Positions 19,164 through 26,607 of a stretch of 64,000 nt of DNA are shown here, one piece after another. The position numbers and the translations under genes are program-made. The stretch spans positions 93,307 to 157,306 of the IMG/VR virus record IMGVR_UViG_3300025723_001543; one strand, given 5' to 3'. The DNA is from a virus (lineage: Duplodnaviria > Heunggongvirae > Uroviricota > Caudoviricetes). Position 1 is the first letter of the stretch. Every line of letters begins with the position of its first letter. The notes beneath the pieces are model-generated. The model saw nothing but the letters and a program-made list of their open reading frames with translations. It was not told the DNA's origin and ran no database searches.

Positions 19164-21402
19164 TTTAGGTAATTTAACGAAAAAAGTTGCAGGAAAAGTT
19201 GGTTCTGCAGCTATGACTGTAGGAAAAACAGCCGGGGGCGCAGTTGCTTCCGCTGGTAAAGCAGTTGGTGGCGTTGTTAGTTCTCTTGCTCAAGGTACGT
19301 TCAATACTATAAAAAGTGGTATTGTTCAATCTACAGGCATAAATGCATTACGCCCATCTAATGTTATTGGTGGTGTATTAGATTCTGTTGGTCTTGGAGC
19401 AATGAGACCAGCATTTGGTGGAGACCCAACACAAAAAGCGGCTGCACAAGCAGCAAATCGTGTTGTAGCACAAAACAATGCTAATACTTCTTTAAAACCA
19501 TTAGAAGAACTTCTTCAAAAACTTTTAACAATCAATGAAAAAATTCTTGAAAATACTAACTCTATGTTAAGTTATGCAAAGAAACAAAGTGGACTATTAG
19601 ATACTGCTAATGATCTTGTTAAAAAACAGATGCTACAAGATATTGAAAATGCAAGAGTAGCAGCTGGAAAAGGAAAAGTTGGCGTAGGCACACCAGCAAA
19701 CGATAATACTCCCGGCAAAAAGCCAGCTGAAGGTGGTTTTCTCAGTGGAATTTTAGGGAGTATTATGGGTGGTGCTGGAAGTCTTTTAAAAATGCTTGGT
19801 CCAATCGGAGAATTTTTAGGTTCAATTGGAAGAATATTTTTAAAACTTGGCAGATTTACTATGTTATTAAATCCATATGTTCTTGCAGCTGAAGTAATAT
19901 TATTGTCTCTTAAAGCAGAAGATTGGGCATCTTTTTTTGACAATATTGGTAAAATATTTGGTGCTCTTGCTGAAGGAAAATTTCTTGAAGCTTTTACAAG
20001 ATCAATGCTTTTACTTCCTGAATTAATACTTAGAGGACTGATGAGAATTGCAGAATATATACTTGAATTTTTTGGATTTGAAGACTTAGCAAAAAAATTA
20101 AGTAAATTTATTGATTCATTTGACTTATATGATATATTGGTAAATTCTTTTAAAGAAATTGTTGATGTTATAATGAATATTGGATCAATGCTTGTAGATG
20201 GTGCAAAATTTATAGGCAAAAAAATTGGCGGTGTAATATCTGGTGTATGGGATACTATATCAAATGCATTTGGCACATTATTTAAAGATATAACGGATGC
20301 ATTTGATGCTTTTTCTTCTGGTGATATAATCAAAGGAATAGTAAAGTTAGTTTATGCAATACCAGATGCTCTTATTCAATGGGTCGGAAGAGCATTAGCC
20401 ACTGTAGTAGATTTTTTTGGTGGTGCAGAAATGGCTAAAACCATTCGTAATTTCTTAGATAATTTTAATCTAACAGATACTATTCTTAAATTTTTTACAT
20501 CTGTAAAAGAATATGTAACTGATACTTTTGCTAGTGCTACCAAAGCATTTTCTGATTGGTGGAAAGATTTTCATCCAATTGATGACATGATTGGAACATT
20601 TAGTTCAATAAAAGATTGGATAACATCTAAATTTACTGACACTACCAAAGCATTTTCTGATTGGTGGAAAGATTTTCATCCAATTGATGACATGATTGGA
20701 ACATTTAGTTCAATAAAAGATTGGATAACATCTAAATTTACTGACACTACCAAAGCATTTTCACAATGGTGGGATAGTTTTTCAATAATTGATATTGTAC
20801 TTACGCCATTCAATTATTTAAAAGATACTGCAACAGCATTATTTGATAATCTTCAAAAATCAGTTGCAGATGTTCTTTCGTTTGATCTTGTCAAAAAAGT
20901 AAGTGATTCTATAAGTTCAGTAGTAAGCGGCGTTTGGGATTTCTTTAAAGCTTTGCCAAGCAAAGCTGTTGATTTAATTTCTGATTTGATTCCTGATAGT
21001 CTTAAAGGTTTTTTCAAATCTATGTTTGGTAGTTCAACCACACCAACAGCAACACCAACTACACCGCCAGTAACACAACCAAGAACAGCTCTTACTCCAC
21101 AATCGACGAGTAGAGTAATTCAAGAACGTGAAGACGCTTTTAATGCTACACCAACTGCAGCTAATGTTTCACCAGTTCCAACTGGAAGAGAGCAAGTATT
21201 CAATCAACAATCTGCACGTATGTCAGTTGATCAAGCAGCACCAACAGCTGTAATTATAAACAACAATAATAATAGCCCAAATATTGGAAGTTCTGGGCAA
21301 AATTCACTGCCCAGAACTTCGGGTGCAGTACAAACAGCTCCACAATCATCTCATATAGACAGAGCATTATATGGAGATACTTATGGAGCTGGTGTTCCTT
21401 AG
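19156..21402 (+). CDS. tail tape measure protein (gp29-like)
   Basis: 748 aa. Gly/Ala-rich N-terminal hydrophobic segment, long helical body, 35-aa tandem repeats, and a position after the chaperone with frameshift. Confidence 0.6.
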   Translation: MADLGNLTKKVAGKVGSAAMTVGKTAGGAVASAGKAVGGVVSSLAQGTFNTIKSGIVQSTGINALRPSNVIGGVLDSVGLGAMRPAFGGDPTQKAAAQAANRVVAQNNANTSLKPLEELLQKLLTINEKILENTNSMLSYAKKQSGLLDTANDLVKKQMLQDIENARVAAGKGKVGVGTPANDNTPGKKPAEGGFLSGILGSIMGGAGSLLKMLGPIGEFLGSIGRIFLKLGRFTMLLNPYVLAAEVILLSLKAEDWASFFDNIGKIFGALAEGKFLEAFTRSMLLLPELILRGLMRIAEYILEFFGFEDLAKKLSKFIDSFDLYDILVNSFKEIVDVIMNIGSMLVDGAKFIGKKIGGVISGVWDTISNAFGTLFKDITDAFDAFSSGDIIKGIVKLVYAIPDALIQWVGRALATVVDFFGGAEMAKTIRNFLDNFNLTDTILKFFTSVKEYVTDTFASATKAFSDWWKDFHPIDDMIGTFSSIKDWITSKFTDTTKAFSDWWKDFHPIDDMIGTFSSIKDWITSKFTDTTKAFSQWWDSFSIIDIVLTPFNYLKDTATALFDNLQKSVADVLSFDLVKKVSDSISSVVSGVWDFFKALPSKAVDLISDLIPDSLKGFFKSMFGSSTTPTATPTTPPVTQPRTALTPQSTSRVIQEREDAFNATPTAANVSPVPTGREQVFNQQSARMSVDQAAPTAVIINNNNNSPNIGSSGQNSLPRTSGAVQTAPQSSHIDRALYGDTYGAGVP
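20539..20772 (+). repeat. in-frame 105-bp tandem direct repeat (2 identical copies + partial third) inside the tape measure gene
   Basis: ACCAAAGCATTTTCTGATTGGTGGAAAGATTTTCATCC... recurs at 20539, 20644 and 20749, encoding TKAFSDWWKDFHPIDDMIGTFSSIKDWITSKFTDT x2.3. Confidence 0.85.
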
Positions 21403-22349
21403 TCCTTAGCAAGCTTCTTAAAGAAACTCAAGTCTTCGTCGTCTTCCTCTGCGGAATCCCAAGGATTAGAAGCTTTTGGTGCTTCCTTCATTGCAGCCAT
21501 CTTTGGCGATGGAGCAAAGTCTGTAGAATCGGATACCATAGTCTTCTTGTTATCAACAGCAAGACCAAGAGCCTTTTCAAGACGCTTCTTCAACTCATCA
21601 TAAGTCTTGAAGTTCTTTGGATCAAGAAGTTCAGTGAGTGAATACTCAGACTTCCAAATCTTCTCAAGCTCATCATCATCTCTGACAAGAGGACCAGTAC
21701 GATCAAACTCTGACTTATCATAGTTTGGATATCCATCAACCTTACGAATCTTTAGCTTCAAGTTTGCACCTTCCCAAAGATCAAAAGGATTAAATGCATT
21801 TGAAGGATCATATTGCGGATGATCTGGACTACGACCCTGATCATCAAAAGCAGGATGCATAGCTTCATTGAGCTTCTCAAAAATCTTCTTACCATACTTG
21901 TAAAGGAAGACCTTGCCTTCATTCTGAGGGCGATTAGGATCAGAAACTACATAAATGTTTGAATAATAACTCAAACGACGCTTCTGCTTACGAACGACTT
22001 CCTTGTTAGACTCAATACCAGAATTCCACAACTGAGAATTATACTCAGTGCAAGGATCAGCAGTACCGGGACCAAAAGTAGTCAATGACTTCTCAATGTA
22101 CCATCCGCCCGGTCCCTGAAATCCATGATCCCAAATACGAGTAAAAGGAACATCCTCACCAGAAGGTGCTGGCAAGAAACGAATGATAGCATAACCATTT
22201 CCAGCCTTATCAATGTCAGGCTTCCAAAAACGATTATCTTCATTGTTACTTGTGGGAGAATTAATCTTGGCAATCTCGCTGTTGAGCTTATCAAACTGAG
22301 ACTTGCGGTTGCTCTTAAGTGCTTCAAAGTTAGTCATAGTTATCTCCAT
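21399..22349 (-). CDS. 32: single-stranded DNA-binding protein gp32 (probable true start at second ATG, 22337)
   Basis: KPDIDKAGNGYAIIRFLP, NEGKVFLYKYGKKIFEKL and WEGANLKLKIRK match T4 gp32 (KLDNAGNGQAVIRFLP, NEGKVFKYRFGKKIWDKI, WEGANFVLKVK). GGAG Shine-Dalgarno lies 7 nt before the second ATG. Confidence 0.9.
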   Translation of the reverse strand: MEITMTNFEALKSNRKSQFDKLNSEIAKINSPTSNNEDNRFWKPDIDKAGNGYAIIRFLPAPSGEDVPFTRIWDHGFQGPGGWYIEKSLTTFGPGTADPCTEYNSQLWNSGIESNKEVVRKQKRRLSYYSNIYVVSDPNRPQNEGKVFLYKYGKKIFEKLNEAMHPAFDDQGRSPDHPQYDPSNAFNPFDLWEGANLKLKIRKVDGYPNYDKSEFDRTGPLVRDDDELEKIWKSEYSLTELLDPKNFKTYDELKKRLEKALGLAVDNKKTMVSDSTDFAPSPKMAAMKEAPKASNPWDSAEEDDEDLSFFKKLAKD

Positions 22350-22391
22350 ATGTACGATGTGTTTACGATTGTTTGTTCGATGTATGTAAAA

Positions 22392-22964
22392 TCAAGAAAA
22401 TTTATCTCTCAAGATTCCACAGTATTTATCTTTTTCTATGTTTAGAAAAAGACGAAGTTTGATACAATTCAATTCTATTGTAGGCCAAAGAACTGGATCA
22501 AGAATCTTCTTATTCCAAGAATCAAAGAAACCAACACACTGATTAATAATAATAAATGTTTCTTTATGTATCTTCTTGCGAATAAGAAGCTTTAGTAAAT
22601 GAGGGTATTCCCCATCTTCCACCTTGAAGTTAGAATCAAAATCTTCAAGAAGCTCTTCTATATCATTCTTAAAGATATATGTCAATGATTCTTTTCGTAG
22701 TAGAAACTTTTTATAAGTAAGATCACATTCATTTGAAAGCAAATCACCTACCCATATGTTAGCATTTTCTGAAAGATTAGCAACAAGATAGTTAAATAAA
22801 TCTTCCTTCTTTGAAAGTTTATAAAACATATATTTGTCTTTACGACTTTCAAAAGATGATTCGTTTGCTCTTACTTTACCATTGTACTTGAAATAATCAT
22901 AAGATGGAAGAGTAAAATGTTGTTTAACAGCAAGATATTGTTTATATGCTTCAAAGGGTGTCAT
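22392..22964 (-). CDS. 59: helicase loader gp59
   Basis: YKQYLAVKQHFTLPSYDYFKYNG and RKDKYMFYKLSKKE match T4 gp59 (YKLYLMIKQHMNGKYDVIKYNW; RRDKYFFQKLSEKY). Adjacent to gene 32 as in T4. Confidence 0.8.
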   Translation of the reverse strand: MTPFEAYKQYLAVKQHFTLPSYDYFKYNGKVRANESSFESRKDKYMFYKLSKKEDLFNYLVANLSENANIWVGDLLSNECDLTYKKFLLRKESLTYIFKNDIEELLEDFDSNFKVEDGEYPHLLKLLIRKKIHKETFIIINQCVGFFDSWNKKILDPVLWPTIELNCIKLRLFLNIEKDKYCGILRDKFS

Positions 22965-23233
22965 TATGCACTTGTCTTGTTATAATAATCGGAGAAGAAA
23001 GAGTGCATCTCACGCCAGAAATCATTTTCATTACAAGGAAGCTTCCATGTTTGATATAGTTTCCAAATACGATCATCCATATCCTTGAAGTTATCATATG
23101 CAGAATGATTAATTCCTTTCATGACAGTATAACCTTTTTCTTCTAGATATTCAACGATATCATTTGTATCAAAATCATCAAGGTCAACATCAACTTCTGT
23201 TTCAATATATGCTGTCTTTATTGTTCTTCCCAT
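22964..23233 (-). CDS. small acidic protein at the dsbA position (between 33-like and 59)
   Basis: 89 aa. Synteny only. Confidence 0.25.
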   Translation of the reverse strand: MGRTIKTAYIETEVDVDLDDFDTNDIVEYLEEKGYTVMKGINHSAYDNFKDMDDRIWKLYQTWKLPCNENDFWREMHSFFSDYYNKTSA

Positions 23234-23243
23234 AATATACTCC

Positions 23244-23477
23244 TTAGATAGGAAGTCTATTTGTTTTCTTCATCATATTCATATTTTCAGCTTCATATTG
23301 AAGTCTTGCTTTCAAAATAGCATTATGCTTAATCAAAGCTGCAACTGTTTCTACTTCTATATTATGACTTTCACAATATAAAATTACAGCATCCATATAT
23401 TCACAATTTTTATTCTTCACAATCATCTCAATTTCAATAACAAAATCAGATGGAGTTTTAATATTAACAATTTTCAT
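23244..23477 (-). CDS. 33: late transcription co-activator gp33-like
   Basis: 77 aa. YMDAVILYCESHNIEVETVAALIK..ILKARLQYEAENMN resembles the remembered gp33 C-terminal region. Synteny 33-dsbA-59-32. Confidence 0.4.
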   Translation of the reverse strand: MKIVNIKTPSDFVIEIEMIVKNKNCEYMDAVILYCESHNIEVETVAALIKHNAILKARLQYEAENMNMMKKTNRLPI

Positions 23478-23484
23478 AATTAAT

Positions 23485-23790
23485 CCTTTTAAAAAGTGAG
23501 CCCATTCTGTTCCAAGGCGGTGCTCATACCCGTGAAACTTAAGCCGCTAGGCGAGTCTCAATGAGTGCATTATCGTTAGCATCTAAACGTTGCTTTTAGT
23601 CTCTTCGTACCTTTACTACAACCCGTCGAACCTATTTCCAGCCCATCAAAGATACATTGGTGACAATATTAGAGACCTTTGCTCTTATCATCGGTACGGT
23701 CATGCGAGGACCAATGTATCCATGGTGGACTGGTCGGGTACTGCCCCCGAGTCCGAATTGTCTATTCCTTACGCCTCAACGACTTAAGCA
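23485..23790 (-). ncRNA. ssrA: circularly permuted (two-piece) tmRNA gene. Acceptor piece about 23723-23790 (T-arm, 3' acceptor strand CCAGUCC, ACCA). Intervening segment 23645-23722. Coding piece about 23485-23644 (5' GGGCUGG..., resume codon GCU at 23580-23578, tag ANDNALIETRLAA, stop UAA 23541-23539)
   Basis: Minus-strand GGGCUGGAAAUAGGUUCGACGGG matches the tmRNA 5' end (E. coli GGGGCUGAUUCUGGAUUCGACGGG). AAUUCGGACUCGGGGGCAGUACCCGACCAGUCCACCA matches the tmRNA 3' end (AAUUUCGGACGCGGGUUCAACUCCCGCCAGCUCCACCA) but lies UPSTREAM of the 5' strand. The 7-bp acceptor stem has a G3:U wobble. Tag reading frame ends ...LAA-UAA. Confidence 0.7.
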
Positions 23791-23794
23791 TCAT

Positions 23795-23824
23795 ATTTAT
23801 AACACAGCTATTATTATATGTCAA
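23795..23824 (-). promoter_or_regulatory. sigma70-like promoter TTGACA-N17-TATAAA(T) (also contains TATAAATA) driving the tmRNA precursor
   Basis: Revcomp of 23819-23824 is TTGACA. A 17-nt spacer precedes TATAAAT at 23802-23795. Confidence 0.55.
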
Positions 23825-23829
23825 GCAAC

Positions 23830-24525
23830 TCAAATACCATATTTGTCTTTATATTTCTTGCGAACTTCTAGCAACTTGCCAACATAATCATCTCTTTTTT
23901 CAATAAAAATTTGTGGTTCTTCATCATCAACAGAAATCATTACTACAGTCTGAGAAATAGGTATGCCAGTTCTTTCTTCATACATGATTGCATAAGCAGC
24001 TGCTTGACAAAAATAATTAGTGATGTAACTTTTTTCTTTTGGTTTTAGTGCTGTCTTAAAATCGATAATAGAAAGTTTGCCTTCATATTCAGCAACACAA
24101 TCGACTGTTCCAGCCATCTCAAGATAGTCGGAATACAATCTTACTTCTTGAAGATGCACATTATCAATCTTTTCATCAATAACTTTCCTCAACCTAGAAA
24201 AACTTTCTAGGTCAATTATACTATATTTTTTATCGAAAACATCTTCATTATTGATATATTCTTCACAAATTTTATGAACACGAGTTCCACGAGAAGCAGC
24301 TTTAGAAGAAATTTTGTTTGCTTCTTCAGCACCAACTCGTCGCCGCCATTCCATAATAGCATCTTTCGTCATCATCCCAACAACAGTTGTCACTGATGGA
24401 TACTTGGCTCCGGTAGGAGTTTGATAAAACCTACCGGAGTCTGTGTTTATTTGTTCAACTTTTTCAATGATAATTTTATCAGTGTGTTGAAAGATTTTCT
24501 TCTTTTTTGAATTCGGTTTCCACAT
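23830..24525 (-). CDS. PD-(D/E)XK family nuclease (Cas4/RecB-like phage exonuclease)
   Basis: Motifs SVTTVVG, D...GTVD, IIDFKT (D..E.K). The annotated start overlaps the phoH 3' end by 47 nt in another frame. Confidence 0.55.
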   Translation of the reverse strand: MWKPNSKKKKIFQHTDKIIIEKVEQINTDSGRFYQTPTGAKYPSVTTVVGMMTKDAIMEWRRRVGAEEANKISSKAASRGTRVHKICEEYINNEDVFDKKYSIIDLESFSRLRKVIDEKIDNVHLQEVRLYSDYLEMAGTVDCVAEYEGKLSIIDFKTALKPKEKSYITNYFCQAAAYAIMYEERTGIPISQTVVMISVDDEEPQIFIEKRDDYVGKLLEVRKKYKDKYGI

Positions 24526-25279
24526 TCATTTGCACCATTTTATAGAGATTATTATCAAATTTGTTTTTTGTGATGATAAAATCTTTAACCAAACCAGAAC
24601 GAACTATATCATTTTCCACAAATTCAATGCAACTAAAATATTTGTGCATGTTCTTTAGAATTTTCATGAAATAAAATATACCTTGCTTTTCATCATCATA
24701 TTTCAAATCGGTTTGTCTATAATCACCACAGAATAAAATCTTAGAATTTTGTCCTGTTCTTGTGATGATTGTGGATAGTTCAGAGAATGTCATATTTTGA
24801 CATTCATCTACTATAATGATAGAATTGTCTAATGTCAAGCCTCTTAAGAAAGATGATGTCTGAAATTCGACGATTCCCTTATTTTTAAGAATATCGTATG
24901 CATCACCTCTACCATATAGTTCTCTACAGATTTCTTGATATGGTTGTTCATATACTTTTGCTTTTTCTTTTGCACTTCCCGGCAAGAATCCCATATCTCT
25001 GGATGGAACAACTGACCTGATAATAATTACTTTATGATATGTTCTAAAATTTTCTATCTCTGATAGTGCAAGATATAATGATATGAATGATTTTCCTGTG
25101 CCTGGTAATCCGTGGATTAATAAATTTTTTCCATTTGTGAAGTCTTTAAAAACTAATTCTTGATTTGTTGTTTTTGGTTTAATAGCTTTTATTTTTAAAC
25201 CATTTGATATAACAGTTTTTTCCTCAGTTCTTTTTTGTTTTCTTGACATTCTTTTTTCTGCACGGGTAGGTCTATCCAT
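24479..25279 (-). CDS. phoH: PhoH-like ATPase
   Basis: Walker A GLPGTGKS, Walker B IIIVDECQN; length and motif spacing typical of phage PhoH. Confidence 0.9.
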   Translation of the reverse strand: MDRPTRAEKRMSRKQKRTEEKTVISNGLKIKAIKPKTTNQELVFKDFTNGKNLLIHGLPGTGKSFISLYLALSEIENFRTYHKVIIIRSVVPSRDMGFLPGSAKEKAKVYEQPYQEICRELYGRGDAYDILKNKGIVEFQTSSFLRGLTLDNSIIIVDECQNMTFSELSTIITRTGQNSKILFCGDYRQTDLKYDDEKQGIFYFMKILKNMHKYFSCIEFVENDIVRSGLVKDFIITKNKFDNNLYKMVQMNVETEFKKEENLSTH

Positions 25280-25514
25280 TTGAATACCTCTTGTTAAAAT
25301 GATTATAGTAATACCAATCCTCTGTTTATAAGGTCAGCACTTCTATTTTTTGTTTGAGATGAGAGATAGAGGCGAGAATAAGCGGAGAGATTCAAATCTC
25401 TATTGAACTGATTATGTTTAAATAAACAATCTAGAATCAATGCTTATACACCTTTGAGTGACCAAATTAAATATGGTCACTGTTATTTATAGCTTTTCAT
25501 CCTTTTGAAAAGAA

Positions 25515-25522
25515 TATAAATA
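25515..25522 (+). promoter_or_regulatory. T4-type late promoter TATAAATA upstream of collagen-like fibre gene
   Basis: Exact octamer about 30 nt upstream of ATG 25552. Confidence 0.55.
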
Positions 25523-25551
25523 CAATGAGCCAAATATTTTAGGGAAATACA

Positions 25552-26592
25552 ATGACAACCAAAATTTTCGTATCCCAAATAGATACAACACAGCCAGATG
25601 GATCAACAGCTTCTTCCAATTCAGTAATTCTTCTTACAGATACTGGTCCTATATGGAAACCACTTTCTGCTTTAAATTCTGTTGGTTATACTGGTTCGCA
25701 AGGAATTAATGGTTATTTTGGATCAGTTGGCTATCGAGGTTCGACTGGCGAAGTTGGTGTGCCGGGAACATCTGGTTACAAAGGTTCTGTCGGATATACT
25801 GGTTCGGCTGGAGTTGGGTATCAAGGTTCTGTAGGATACACTAGTTCTATTGGTTATACAAGTTCTGTAGGATATACTGGTTCACAAGGAACTACAGGGT
25901 ATTTTGGTTCATTAGGTTATACTGGTTATTTTGGTTCAGTTGGTTATCAGGGTTCTTTAGGAGTCGGTTATCAAGGTTCTGTTGGTTATCAAGGGTCAGC
26001 TGGTATAACAGGAATACTTGCACCATTTCCTTTTATCAATCTTTCTGATGTTGCAGACACAAATGGCAATCCATATACTGGCTATAATGATTTTGGTGGT
26101 TCATATGTCAGAGTAAAACCATCAAGAGACGGATTAGTTCTTGATCCAACAGTTGTATTGACTCCCAACATTACTGTAAATGTAGATTTTCATGGTAATC
26201 AACTTCAACATCCTGTGTTCAGCGGTTATTCAGAAAATGTAATAGATGATGGTCAACCGGGCGCTTCTCTATCTGCAAATCCATTGAATGGTAATGTAAT
26301 TAAAGCTACTCTCAATTCACCTATTACAACTATTACAATGACAAATGCTGGATTAATTTCTGGAAGATTATTTTCAGTAACATTTTTCTTGAAACAAGAT
26401 TCTACTGGTGGAAGAGTACTTGATTGGACAAATAATATCATCTATTGGTCAACAGGTGATGGTATTAATCAAAATACTGGTCCAATCCTTTCAACACAAC
26501 CATTTTATACTGATATTATAACTGTATATACATATGATGCTGGTGGTTCTTGGTATGGAATCATGGGTGCTAGAGGTTTCCCAACACCATAA
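25552..26592 (+). CDS. collagen-like (Gly-X-Y) tail fibre protein
   Basis: About 40 uninterrupted GXY triplets (GYTGSQGINGYFGSVGYRGSTGEVGVPGTSGYKGSVGYTGSAG...) followed by a 190-aa C-terminal globular region. Confidence 0.6.
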   Translation: MTTKIFVSQIDTTQPDGSTASSNSVILLTDTGPIWKPLSALNSVGYTGSQGINGYFGSVGYRGSTGEVGVPGTSGYKGSVGYTGSAGVGYQGSVGYTSSIGYTSSVGYTGSQGTTGYFGSLGYTGYFGSVGYQGSLGVGYQGSVGYQGSAGITGILAPFPFINLSDVADTNGNPYTGYNDFGGSYVRVKPSRDGLVLDPTVVLTPNITVNVDFHGNQLQHPVFSGYSENVIDDGQPGASLSANPLNGNVIKATLNSPITTITMTNAGLISGRLFSVTFFLKQDSTGGRVLDWTNNIIYWSTGDGINQNTGPILSTQPFYTDIITVYTYDAGGSWYGIMGARGFPTP

Positions 26593-26607
26593 AAATGAGA
26601 GATTAAT

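Noticed and set aside
21399-21402. Looked for a terminator between convergent tape measure and gene 32
   Set aside because: The stop codons overlap, so there is no intergenic space and no hairpin. Transcripts must terminate within the opposing genes, or interference is tolerated.
22964-23233. Calling the 89-aa ORF dsbA
   Set aside because: Only size and position match; no sequence motif recognised. Left as a positional hypothesis.
23480-23540. Considered that the region downstream of the tag stop should hold pseudoknots PK2-PK4 and a 3' tRNA-like end as in one-piece tmRNA
   Set aside because: Only ~55 nt separate the tag stop from the next gene, and the T-arm/CCA end is found upstream instead. 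This is consistent with a permuted two-piece gene rather than a truncated one-piece tmRNA.
25381-25402. Palindrome AGAGATT-CA-AATCTCT in the phoH / fibre divergent intergenic region, resembling a tRNA T-arm (TTCAAAT loop)
   Set aside because: The loop is 6 nt with the best stem, not 7. No complementary acceptor 5' strand or anticodon arm at appropriate spacing. More likely a regulator-binding palindrome.
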